Shown here: positions 48,334-59,580 of the stretch, in pieces | Position numbering within the stretch: the first letter of the stretch is position 1 | Layout of the letters: each line of letters starts with the position of its first letter | NCBI GenBank assembly: GCA_977020255.1 | Contig: CDROCS010002451.1 | Span: 558,001 to 622,000 of the forward strand | Direction of reading: 5' to 3' | Length of the DNA stretch: 64,000 bases | From: Obrimoposthia wandeli | Taxonomy: Eukaryota | Position numbers and translations under genes: made by a program | Notes under the pieces: model-generated | Told to the model about the DNA's origin: nothing | The model's database searches: none | What the model saw: the letters and a program-made list of their open reading frames with translations, nothing else

Positions 48334-48723
48334 ATGAATTTAGAAAAGCTATATCAACCTATGCATACATATTATGGATATGAGATGCACTTTTTGAAGA
48401 AAGCTCATAACTATAATTTTATTTTTCCCGTCAACATCGAGTCGCTTAAATTTGATTTTGAAATATCAAATTTGACTTCTGTGGATAAAGAGAGAATCAA
48501 TATTATCTTGACTCAATTCGGAATCAACTATGCGCTTCAGGAAAACAAATTCGTAATCAAAGGATCAACTGCCACTTTCAAGCATGAGAATGGAACAATA
48601 TACGAAGCACCTCCTCCTAAGCTAGAATGGATTATCTCAATCAGAATTCAAGGATGCAAGATCGGGCCCAGTGGATTGGAAACTCCGATATGGAAAATAA
48701 TTGATGCTGTTAGAGTTGACTAA
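48334..48723 (+). CDS. Accessory ORF (129 aa), globular, beta-rich, unknown
   Basis: Intact ORF with protein-like composition inside the element. No motif firmly recognised. Confidence 0.6.
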   Translation: MNLEKLYQPMHTYYGYEMHFLKKAHNYNFIFPVNIESLKFDFEISNLTSVDKERINIILTQFGINYALQENKFVIKGSTATFKHENGTIYEAPPPKLEWIISIRIQGCKIGPSGLETPIWKIIDAVRVD

Positions 48724-48790
48724 TAAATTGTTGTGTCTTTATTTGTATTATTTTATATATATAAACAATAGTGATACTTTAATATTTATT

Positions 48791-49156
48791 ATGAAAATGA
48801 CTAAAAAACCTACTAAATCATTAAAGACTAAGGTTAAAAAGACTATGAGTAAAAAGACTATGAGTAAAAAGAAAATCATTGAGGGTTTGGGTATTCATAT
48901 GATGGCAGCAAATCTTTTAGGTAGATGGTTTGGTGGAGTTGATAAAAAAGCTATAAAGCACAAAAAGAATGTGGATTATTTGAGAGGTATACAAAATCAG
49001 AAACGAGTGCAAAAAGGAGATGGTATACAAAAAGGGGATGGTATGCTTGATATTTTTGTAAAATTAGATAAACTTACAAAAGCATTTGAAAAGAATCCTA
49101 GTGCCTATCTTGGTCCAAAACTAAACTTTTTAGCAAACCAACCAAAAACTTTGTAA
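48791..49156 (+). CDS. Lys-rich accessory protein (121 aa) with two amphipathic segments and two QKGDG motifs
   Basis: ATG at 48791 in the 48701-49156 frame. Basic N-terminus, GLGIHMMAANLLGRWFGG, QKGDGIQKGDGMLDIFVKL. Confidence 0.65.
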   Translation: MKMTKKPTKSLKTKVKKTMSKKTMSKKKIIEGLGIHMMAANLLGRWFGGVDKKAIKHKKNVDYLRGIQNQKRVQKGDGIQKGDGMLDIFVKLDKLTKAFEKNPSAYLGPKLNFLANQPKTL

Positions 49157-49164
49157 TTACATTG

Positions 49165-50074
49165 CAGTACGTCTTTGTTAGACACTCACACATATATACA
49201 TCTATAAGAATAAATGTAGTACTTGTTACATTAAGATGCAAGTATTTGCAATATAGATGCGTGACTGTCTTTGTTAAATATAGGAACGTTTAAACATTAT
49301 TATCAAATTATATAATACTTTATTTTATAAGTAGATAGTTTAATTTAATTTAAATAAATTTATCAAATTATATAATACTTTATTTTATAAGTAGATAATT
49401 TAAATAAATTATAAAACACACACACGATATGTATTTTGTTGAATTGGTGTTAATACAGTCTTTAGATAAAAAGATATATAGATTTAAAGTATGTTACTAA
49501 AAATAGAATCTTTTTGACCTCACCATGACCTTAAGTTGTCCTCATAACGTCATGACCTTAACTTGACCTTAACTTGCCTTGACCTCATGAGGTCATGACC
49601 TACATCTTGTCCTCATCGTGACCTTAAGTTGTCCTCATGAATTTTAATAAAAAATCATGTGTACTCGGGAGAAATTTGACCTACATCTGTCATAAAAAAT
49701 TTGAGTTCAAAAATTTTCGCGCTAATTTCAAAAATTTCATGGAAATTTCAAACATTTTCAAAAATTTTCGCGCAAATTTCAAAATAATGACCTTCAGAAA
49801 TCGACTGAAAACACCCTAAATCAACCAAAATTTGAATACGCGCCAATCAAATTTGATGTATTTAAACAAAAATTTATTTAAATAGATGTACTATAGTACA
49901 TAATGACCTTCAAATGACCTTGACCTTAAAATATCACGTGTACTCGGGAGAAATTTGACCTTGACCTTGACTTACATCCGTCATTGACACTAATTTTTTT
50001 TTAATTTAAAAAAAAATTGAGTTTTCGCTAGGGGGACCTTTTTCCTTGAGTCGAAGTAATCACTTCTCACTACT
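49165..50074. repeat. Right terminal (inverted) repeat region of Polinton B, with internal duplications and about a dozen TGACCT motifs
   Basis: Inner part matches the left-end remnant in inverted orientation; ends in ACTACT. The extent is inferred because the left TIR is mostly missing. Confidence 0.7.
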
Positions 50075-50880
50075 AATATATATTCCTATAATCAAAGAAA
50101 TTTTTTTAGATCAAATAGTTGTTGATATAGCCCACATTAAGGAAGGAAGATCTAAAAAGAAATATATGTTGATAGTGATCGATCGATATAGTAAACTGGT
50201 ATCACTATCAGCAACCTCAAAAGAAAATGAAATAACAATTACTAAAGCCCTCGAGACAAATTGGATATATAAATTTAAAAAACCTAAGAGTATTTTAACA
50301 GATAGAGGACGAATATTTGCTGGAAATTATTTTCAGCATTGGCTAGAAAAGATTGGTATTGACATGAGCCTACAGCACTTAATCAACACCAAACTAACGG
50401 TCTAGCAGTAAGAGTTATACGCACTGTAAGAGATATGATTGTAACGACAATAGCGTCTACTAAAACAGGTAAATGTTGGCACGATGTATTGCCCCAAATT
50501 GAATTTGCTATAAATGTAACAGTAAATAGTTCTTTAAAACATTCACTGTTTGAGATCATTTAATGAAGAAAAATAGCAATTCAAGCATCAAATACAAAAC
50601 AAACAATAACGAAAATATCATTCAAGACGTAAGAAAGAACCAACAAATCGCAGCTGAAAATTTAAAGAAGTTAGACAATGAAAGAAGAGGGAAAAGGATA
50701 TTTGAAGTAAATGAAAAGGTGCTTGTTAAAAAGGACCTAATTGAAAGAAGCAAGGATGACCATGAAGGCCCATATAGAATAATAGAATTCTTGAGTCCAA
50801 GACGGGTATCAATTCAGTTTCCAAGAAGAATACTTCCCAGGAAAATCGAATGGCTGAAGAAGTGTAAATTTGATTTGTGA
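50075..50880 (+). pseudogene. Gypsy-type integrase remnant (core plus GPY/F region), frameshifted
   Basis: IVVDIAH, LIVIDRYSK, ILTDRG, HQTNGL, WHDVLPQIEFAIN and EGPYRI in shifting frames. Confidence 0.88.
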
Positions 50881-51564
50881 AGGCGAAATTTATGAAATCA
50901 GAAACAGGAATTATCATACTTTCATTAAGTTGTTTAAGATCTGATATTTAATGAACAAAATATAATTGTGTTGTGAAATCTAAGTCTTGAATTATGTCTG
51001 CGATAGAAAACATAACTAGGATCAAATTATTTATCTTAAAATTAATTTTAATAAAAAATAACTAATCTAAAATGTTTGAAATTCAAAAAAATTAATTGAA
51101 GAAATTCATAAAGCTTATTTGTTGATGCATTAGTAATTTAATACTGATTTGGTAGCCCTTACAGCAAACAAAATAATGATAATATATTTATTTATGATTA
51201 TTAATAAGAATTTTTATTGCGCATAAATTTATGATATCATATTTAAGTTTTTCAAAAATTTAGTATTAAAATTTATTTCCAAAATTTGATTTGCAAAGAT
51301 CAAATACGCTGAATTTTAAACTGTAATGTTCTGTACAAAAGTAAATATATGTTACCAAATTCATAAAATAAAATAAAGTTTCTTATATTTTTTGACTTTC
51401 TATGACTGCTACTTCATTGTGCTAGAGAAATTGAATAAAATTATTTTAAAATATATCTGTAACTTAATTGTATATTTTTATTGTTAAATATAAATAGTTA
51501 ATTGTTTTTCTGTGTCAGTTTTCTATTTTATTCTGGTAACAAAGCAACGTATAAATAATTTGAA

Positions 51565-54500
51565 ATGGATGGTTTGTAATTTTTTTGCTGAACATAATTT
51601 ATCACATTAATTTTAAGGTGAAGGTGACGTAGATTCAGATTTAAGGGAGTGTAAAACTTGTGGCAGGCGGTTTAGATCTGATGTACTGGTAAGATTTGAT
51701 TGTGTTGCACTTAAATTGAACTTTTGAGTAATTTCATGTGTTTTGATTTAAATGTATAGTTTAAATTTAATTACATATGTATTTACTGAATTTAAAAGTT
51801 TTGAATTATTTTGATTTCGCTATAAAAGTTGGAGATTATTTTGCAAGGGTTTTTCTTTCATTGAAGTCACTTGACAGACCTATTTGGTCATTACATACAT
51901 TTTAATGTAAAAATGATGAATTTACCACTCTTACAATTTCTATCTACTGACAGTTCTACAAATTATTTTGACACCGTCTATAACAAAACTTATTGCATTT
52001 AATATAGCGCTAAATTCTTAGTGATTATAAGAATTACAAGGATTTATTGATGTTTATTCTTGTTTATTGCTAATGACAAACTATTGTAAATCGTTTATGC
52101 ATATATATGGAAACACGGGCTTCTCTCTTCTATTTAGATATTTGAATTGCCAGTCTTATATCGTAATTTCTTCTTAAATTAATTGATAGTAGAATCTCAA
52201 TTTCTAGAAGGTTATGCAAATATGGAGGTACTTGAGTGAAAACTATAGTAGCGAGTTGTGTAATGGCCATATGTTATTCCATATGAATATATTACTTACA
52301 TACACTGTAAATAATATTGTCTTTTAAATTACTTTTGCATTATTATTGTAAGATAAATACAAATACACTATTTACAAAGACCATTAGTTGTTTTTCTCTT
52401 TGTTCCACTGTTGATTGGTAATGGTTCTATTAGATTCACATGTTCATCGCATTTATGACATGCATCAGTCGGTTTAGCACAAAACTGTTCCTACAAGTAA
52501 CGATGCATTGTTTAGATAGCGCGATATGATTCATTCTATATTATCTGGTCAATGTCAGTATCATTCGCAACATTTTTGTGTGAAATAAACAGTTAAAAAT
52601 TGAGAGGAAAAATTGAAACCCCCGTTAAATTTAAATTATTTGAACGTGTATCTGATTGACATACACTGCTGACAACTTGTAATGGATAGTACTTACAACG
52701 CTTGCATTTCTGGGTACAATAAGCTATCAACCACTTGGTGTACTTGATTGCAGAACAAGCACGAGCCGATATGCCTCAAGAACGCCAAGAAGAAACGGAA
52801 GGTGTTCGACAGTGGGAAACAGCGAGCGGAGGGCAGTGATGTCCCCATCAACAAGACCATGAAGCCGGGCCAGATCCCCAAACCCGACCCCAAGGCTGCG
52901 GCTGCAGAGGCGCGTACGAAGCAGTGGCGACAACGTCATGAAACACTGGTAGAGTCTCTGCGCGCTGCTAGACAGTACACCAAGGCTAAGGAGTCTGGGG
53001 GACCTTTGCCCCCACCTCCGCCGGCAGCTATAGATCCCAGTAAGTTCCCTTTCAGTGGGGTTACGTCATACTGAGTTCATTGAGAATGATACCCTGTATG
53101 ATCGGGATTGTGCTTGATTGAGATTATTTGACCTAAGTAAGCTGAACCTCACTTTTGCAGGCCTCGTGCAATGTCCCCACTGTCAGAGGCGGTTTAACGA
53201 GAACGCTTGCGAGCGACACATTCCATTCTGTAAGGAGCAACAGACCAGAGTCAATCCGAAATTGGGCATGAACCAGAAGAACACTGTAAGATTCTACTTC
53301 AGGATAAATGGACTTCTTAAAAACCCAATATGAATATTCTTTTATAAGAACTTTATTTTGTAATATAGTGAAACTTTTTTTATAGCTACAGTGGACTAAC
53401 GTTAATACGTTACTCAGTTTTTCAAGTGTCATATCGGTTAGGGCGTGTTGCATCGCTATTTTTTGGATAAAAAGTATTCGTTTATGCGTTGTGTAGCTAA
53501 CATATTAAAATTAACCAAGTTAAATTATACGTACATAAAATGAATACCATATAATTTATTTTCTACCAACTTATTGATTGAATAAAAAAATTATGAATAT
53601 TATTTTAAATGTAGAACACTTACGTATATGCTGTTCTACACTGTGCATCAAGTAAAACTAACATTAAGAGAAAAGCAAAAAATAATTATACAGTAATTAT
53701 TCACCTGTAAGGGTATTCATTAAAACATGTTTTTGAGAGAGACCGACACCGAATCACTTATAGATGCATTATTTAAAAGCTTGGAAAGGTACTATTATAG
53801 GTGAAGCGTGAAATTTTCGGTGACCGGACACCCTTATAGGTGAATAATTACTGTACATGTTAAAATGGAAGAAAATATTTCCGACTTTATTGAAATGGCA
53901 TGAAAATGCAAGAGCAAACAATTAAGTGTGTAGTGGAGCAGTATTACTAGCGAAGGTAGGAGAGTTTGTTTGTAGGTTTAAAGATAGAGCAATGTATAAC
54001 TATTGAAAGTTCGATAATAAAAATGTTGTCCCTGCTGTTTTGATCGAGCGTTTCGGAAAGAGGTGTGGAATAGCTGACCAGGAAACTTGTAGCGAGGCTT
54101 CATATGTTTATCAAAATGTTGTAAGTAATAGGATAATTAATAATCTGCCTAAAATACTCGCGAAGTAATAAAGACATTATTAACTGCAATGAAATTGCGC
54201 TCTACTAGAAAATCAGACAACATAAACCAAAACATTTGAAGACAGTTTTTTCTCCTAGTGAATCAAATAAACAAAACACTAACTTCTTAAACACACGTCA
54301 TTCAATAAATTTCTTACTACATGTTTTACTATGATTGGCTTAGACGAAGTTTAACACGGGAGCATTTTTATAAAGAAGGTTCCTTCCCACCAAATTTATG
54401 TTTTAGTTGTTTTTGAATAGTCCACGATAAGATTGGGTAATACTTTTATATTTTTTAGATTTAAATGTGTATACGATATTTATATAAATGTTTTAAAATA

Positions 54501-57206
54501 TATTAAATATAGATAAATGAAGCTATAATGTCATTTATTCTCAAACTAATCATGTCATATATTTCTAGTTTAAACCATTTTTAAAATATAGGGGAATCTA
54601 TCTTTGATACGAAAAAGACAATAGGACGGGGTATCAATATATAAGTTATAACTTTTTGTTTGTTTGATCCATTATTTTTAATTTAGCCAAGTATCTTTCA
54701 ATTATACTTTTGAACATTTTTTATTTTCTTACTTTCTTTTGCGATAATCTTGTCCAGAGCCGTTTCAAATATGTGCCATAATTCCTCTATATTCTCAATG
54801 GGAATACTTTTGTGAACATATTCATTCATCATTTTCCATACATTTTAAATAATTAAGAGGCCAGGGCTTCGTGATGGCCATTTAAAAACTCTTATACCTT
54901 GTCTTACTTATATATAGAATCGATCCTCTTTCATTTTCTTATTATTGCCAGGAATTTATATCTTAATAAACTGAGGTATGTCTTTGAATTGATTACTTTT
55001 GAATTAAAGAAATGCCAACGATTCAAAAAATCTACAAATTAAAATTCCCCCTCCATAAATCATTACTTTTTGTCTTTTATTGATTATTTCAACTATCTTT
55101 TCTTTGTCGTTCATTCAGTACATGCTTTTTCCTAACATTTCGTAACTGAATTTCTTATTTTAAAAAGATTGCAAAGTCCTTAAATTTACTGGTTCCAATA
55201 TGTCTTTCAATATTTTTGAAACAGTGACTTTGATGTACAGATTTTTAATTTTTTAAATTTATTTTACACATTGGAGTATTGATTTATTTGGATCATATTT
55301 CTTTGGCATACCTCGAGGTTGGGATAGAACATCGTTTAAAATAGAATATACAAATTTTCGACTTTCATAATATGATTACTAATTCAAGTATAACTTTTAT
55401 TGTTCTAATCATTAGATATCTTTCGCTTATTTTGTTGTTTCAAAAATTTTTAAATTACCAAATTCTATCACTTAATTAATTTAAAAATGCCGCTATATAT
55501 TTTTTTATTATTTAGTTTATTTAAATAAGAAATTTTTGATTGCTATATTTACTTCACAATACTATATAAAATTTTATGAAGTTTACTTTTAATAAATCCA
55601 TTATTAACTATATTTAACAACAACAAAAATTGTATGAATATATTTGCTACTCAATCTTATTGTGGACTATATAATTTCATTAATGCGTTACATTTTTATT
55701 TTACAATGGATGAACTATTATAGACAAGCTCCAATGTAGAATATATATCTAATATTGTGTGTTTTCTGTAAGCTACGATTAGATTATTTGGAATAAAGAT
55801 TTTTTACCCGAATACACATAAAACCCCTTCCTTGATCATTTTAGTACAAAGCTCCTCTCCCGAAAAAAGTCACCCATTACAACGCAGCCCCCTCCGCAAA
55901 GGTCTGCCGGTCCAGCTGGAGCGGGTGGACGTAAGTATTACTCTTATTGTCAGAAATTGGTATATATTTGGAAATTTTGTGTGGAAATTATTAGTCGGAG
56001 ATCGTTTACTAATTACTGTCAAGCATGTATTAACTTTTATTAAATATTTGAGTAATTGGAAAATGATGACATTTAGAGATTCTTTTAAAACATGTTTAAT
56101 TACCGTATGAAATATATTTATTTGGGTTGAATGTGTCATTTTACTTTAGTTCAACTTGTCAATATATTTCCATATAAGGACTCAGAAGAAATCTTTTTTT
56201 GTACACCATAAAACCTATAACCGTACATAATTTATAACCTTTGGATATGTAAAAAGGCATTTTTCTCAGTTTTTATCTCTCGATCTTCAGACATCAATTA
56301 AGAGGAAGAAAATTAAACGAATCATCTAATAGCTGGTTCTTTCCGAAGTTTTTCATAGAATAGCTGACATTTGAAGTGTAGTTGTATCTGGTAAAGAGAT
56401 TTCTTGGAATTACTGTGAATGTAACTTACTCTCAAACTTTAAATGGGTGCGATGTGGGAAGAAAATGTTCTAAATATTTTATATGTAAGATGAAAATATG
56501 TAAATAATTTTCAAATAAATAAGATTGATACACGCTATGCAGAAATCCTATTATAGGCTGAAGACTTTGTTTCATAAAGTATAACTAATGATTGCACCAA
56601 ACAAATCTTTAAATAGTCTTCAAAATGTATTGAATAAAGCTCTAATATTGGAAGGGGAATGGATATTTTTCTTAAATCAACCGATGCCAGGAATGTCTGT
56701 TTCACGATTTACTGCATAATTTTGCAATGGAATTAAGCAAAAGAATCTACAGAAACATAATTTGAATATATATTTATTCAAGAACTCCTTCATAATTGAG
56801 TGACTGACTATAAACTTGCACTATAGTAAATGAATAAACTTCTGTTACGTTATATTAAGAATATTCTAACTCCAAAATACAGTGAAAATCCGCTATAACG
56901 AAACGATTTGCTCAGTCCATTGAATTTCGTTTCACTTTATTCTTTTATTTCATTTAAAATGTTCGTAGCTGAATTTGAGATCATTGTATTTGCCCTCATC
57001 ATAAGTTTGATATCATTCTTTGAATGTTACTCGTTAACTTAGATGTAAAAAAACTTTGATTATATTGAATTTTAAAGATTTTTTATTTTCCATTCACTGT
57101 TTCTCATTTTCTAGGAGCAAGAGAGTCGCCCTCGGTGAATCAGATGCAGTCAAACTCCAACAATCGCCAGACCAGAATAACCCCTCCTTCTGTAACCGGT
57201 AGCAAT
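51565..57206 (+). CDS. ZC2HC1A: Host gene, zinc finger C2HC-type protein 1A-like; exons 51565-51571, 51618-51688, 52754-53039, 53161-53285, 55845-55930, 57115-57206; 3' end not located
   Basis: CKTCGRRF...KHEPIC, KKRKVFDSGKQRAEG, WRQRHE, GGPLPPPPP and VQCPHCQRRFNENACERHIPFCKEQ match the ZC2HC1A layout. All junctions are GT-AG with compatible phases if one extra A at ~55863-55868 is removed. Confidence 0.85.
53691..53853. mobile_element. Tc1/mariner/pogo-type MITE, 163 bp, intronic
   Basis: 24-bp TIR CAGTAATTATTCACCT(G/A)TAAGGGT and TA on both flanks. Confidence 0.9.
54650..55330 (-). pseudogene. Tc1-like transposase relic, intronic
   Basis: Minus strand WPSRSPGL...NVWKMM...EELWH resembles the Tc1 WPSQSPDLNPIENVW motif. 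Heavily decayed; boundaries approximate. Confidence 0.55.
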
Positions 57207-57655
57207 GTAAGTTTCATTCATTTTTGACGCAGTAAAAAATATTGTAGTAAGCTTTCCCGAGATCCGAAAACAGCATTCAAAATCAACGTTAAGGAAGTTT
57301 CAATTTTAATATTATTTCTATTTCTAATTACGTTAATTTTTTTGGGTTTGGTTACGAAATTTGTAAACAATGCTGTATTTTAAAAAGAATGGAGTGAAAA
57401 TTTATACTGATAACATTTTCAAAAAATGAAAAATATTTAACCAACAGTTAACTACCTTCCATTCAACACAACACATTGCAAAGACAGCATCGCTCTAGTG
57501 ACATTAAATTAGAATTGTGTTCATCTAACAGGGACGAAAAATGCCCGAAATATAATAGTCCTAATCAGTGCCAAGATGATTATAATTGTTTTGTAAAGTT
57601 TTCTTCTAATTCCAATGTCAAGCACATTTCGATGAATAATCAAAAACGATTTAAT

Positions 57656-57714
57656 ACGAATGCCTAGTGGGCCATTTTGGTAAGCAGAACTGGCGATGTG
57701 GGATGAACCAAACA
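57656..57714 (+). rRNA. Isolated ~60-bp 28S rRNA fragment (not a gene)
   Basis: TGCCTAGTGGGCCATTTTGGTAAGCAGAACTGGCGATGTGGGATGAACC is a conserved eukaryotic LSU rRNA segment; the flanks are not rDNA. Confidence 0.8.
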
Positions 57715-58769
57715 TTCAGTATAGGTTTAATTACTTTTTATGTCACTACAACGATTTCGAACAAATCGTTCACTTCACATTTATTTCTTTGTTTACAGTG
57801 TGTTGTGTTGATTGGAAGGTAGTTAAATGTCAGTTAAAACAAATTCTTTAAAAAATGTTTTCAGTATTCATTTTCGGTGAATGTTTTTAAATTTAAAAAA
57901 TGCAAGTTAAATTTTTAATGCTATTTATGTTACTACAATTTGTTTTTTGTACAATTTGCCAGATATCGTTTAATTCCATTTATAAATTTAATTCAGCATT
58001 TCATTTTGTTAACAAATAACAATGGAACCGGACATTTATATTTTGGAATATGTCAGTTAAAATTTAACCAAGAAAAGTCGGCTAGGAGTTGACCGTGGCT
58101 GTGCAGTTTTGTGTGTGTTTAGTGGCCAATAACAAGATGACAGATTGTAGCAGAACTTGTGTTTGACAGCTAGCTAAGTTTGTGGTATTTTCTGGAAATC
58201 ACAGAGAAACTGAAGTAACATATGCAAAGTATTTTTGAACCAGTGTAGCCAGGGAATCCCTTCTAATTTCCGACTCGTTTTATCAGAGGGCGATATACTC
58301 TTCTATCGTTTGATGTTTTAAGGAGTCTCCTTAGTGTGTCATCTTTTGTTCTGACATCGTAACAGTGATGCTTGTAGAAGCTGATGTGAAGTAGTTGACA
58401 TAGCAAGAGATCTACTTCAATTAGGCATCCAGTTGATGCATTATTTAGTTTATAATGTATCTGAATTGAGGAATTAAACGAGTTCCGTTACCCGCACGTT
58501 CATCGACATTTTATTAGCCGTGGAAATTTTACCCGACTTGTAAGCAAATACACAAACAAAATCTGTTTTAATTTCAATGGAAAATTTGAATGCAATATAA
58601 ATCTTATAATGGCTTCTTGAATCTCATTATTCGTGGACATTCCTGTTTATTTTATACACCAATAACGAAAACCAAGGGACAAAATACGTTTTTAAACAAA
58701 TCCTGTGAAATAAAATTGTTTATAACTCTCTAGCAATTCAGCCTTCACTAAGCAATTTGTTCAAATGAT

Positions 58770-59580
58770 TGGGAGAGAACGAACAAAACATTTCGATAAC
58801 TGCTACTCTGTCTGGTTAATGTAAAAGGTTTTAATAAGTAAAACAAACAACACTTGATATATCCCATCTGCAATTTAACCTGCTGGAACTGGGGAAATGC
58901 CAGTGTCTGTATTTACTGAGCTCCCAGAGTTCCATGTCGAATCCCTACGTTCACATGTTTCTACTAAAGAAAAAAGTGAAAGAAAATTATGCCAACATCA
59001 AGGTTAATCTGAAGAGCTTGCAATAGTAATTTGTGTGGATTTTAAAATGATGAACTTTCTGCTGAGCCTGCAAAAAGATGACATCAAATATCCCTATTTC
59101 CTTTGTTACTGGAACAATAGAGATACAGTAGATCACTGGCTGACAAAGAAATGACAGCTAAGAAAGAGTTTGACTCCTGGTAAAAATGCCAAGAACATCA
59201 TTTATGGCCCTGTGGTTGATAAGAAAAACATTATCTTTCTGCCATTACACATAAAACTTGCTTTGATTAAATAATTTTTCGAAGCTCTTGATCACAGGGG
59301 AAAAAGCTTTGACTATGTTCAACATTTGAAGTCTCAGTGAAGAGAAGTAAAAGGCAGGAATATTTGATGAACCTCAAATAAGAACACTACTTGGGCATCC
59401 GCCCTTTGGATGTATTCTCTCAGATGGTGCTGAATTTCCTTGGGAACAGGAACGCTTACAAATATCAAGATGTTGTAGAGCTGCTCTTGAGTTTGCAAGT
59501 ATTTGGATGTAGAATGAGCACCAAGGAGCACTACTTACACAGTCACTTGGGTTAGTTCCCAGACAACCTGAGTGATGTCA
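58770..59580 (+). pseudogene. CMC/Chapaev3-like DNA transposase relic
   Basis: DNCY.CLVNVKGF, ICVDFKMMNFLL, LPLHIKL, GIFDEPQIR and HYLHSHL across stops and frameshifts. Confidence 0.7.

Larger units (their letters stand above)
35834..50074 (-). mobile_element. Polinton/Maverick element B, ~14.2 kb, left terminus truncated
   Basis: Full core gene set. Right end ...CACTTCTCACTACT at 50074 (AGTAGT on the minus strand) directly abuts the Gypsy integrase. The left end keeps only ~80 bp matching 49165-49215 in inverted orientation. Confidence 0.95.

Noticed and set aside
35834-50074. Interpretation as a bacteriophage (tectivirus) or bacterial contig because of the operon-like overlaps
   Set aside because: Spliceosomal introns, TATA/Inr promoters, an rve integrase with chromodomain, adenain, and eukaryotic transposon and host-gene context all indicate an animal Polinton.
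56880-56935. TA|CAGTGAAAATCCGCTATAACGAA, resembling a pogo/Tigger terminus
   Set aside because: Only one end is visible, with no partner TIR or ORF.
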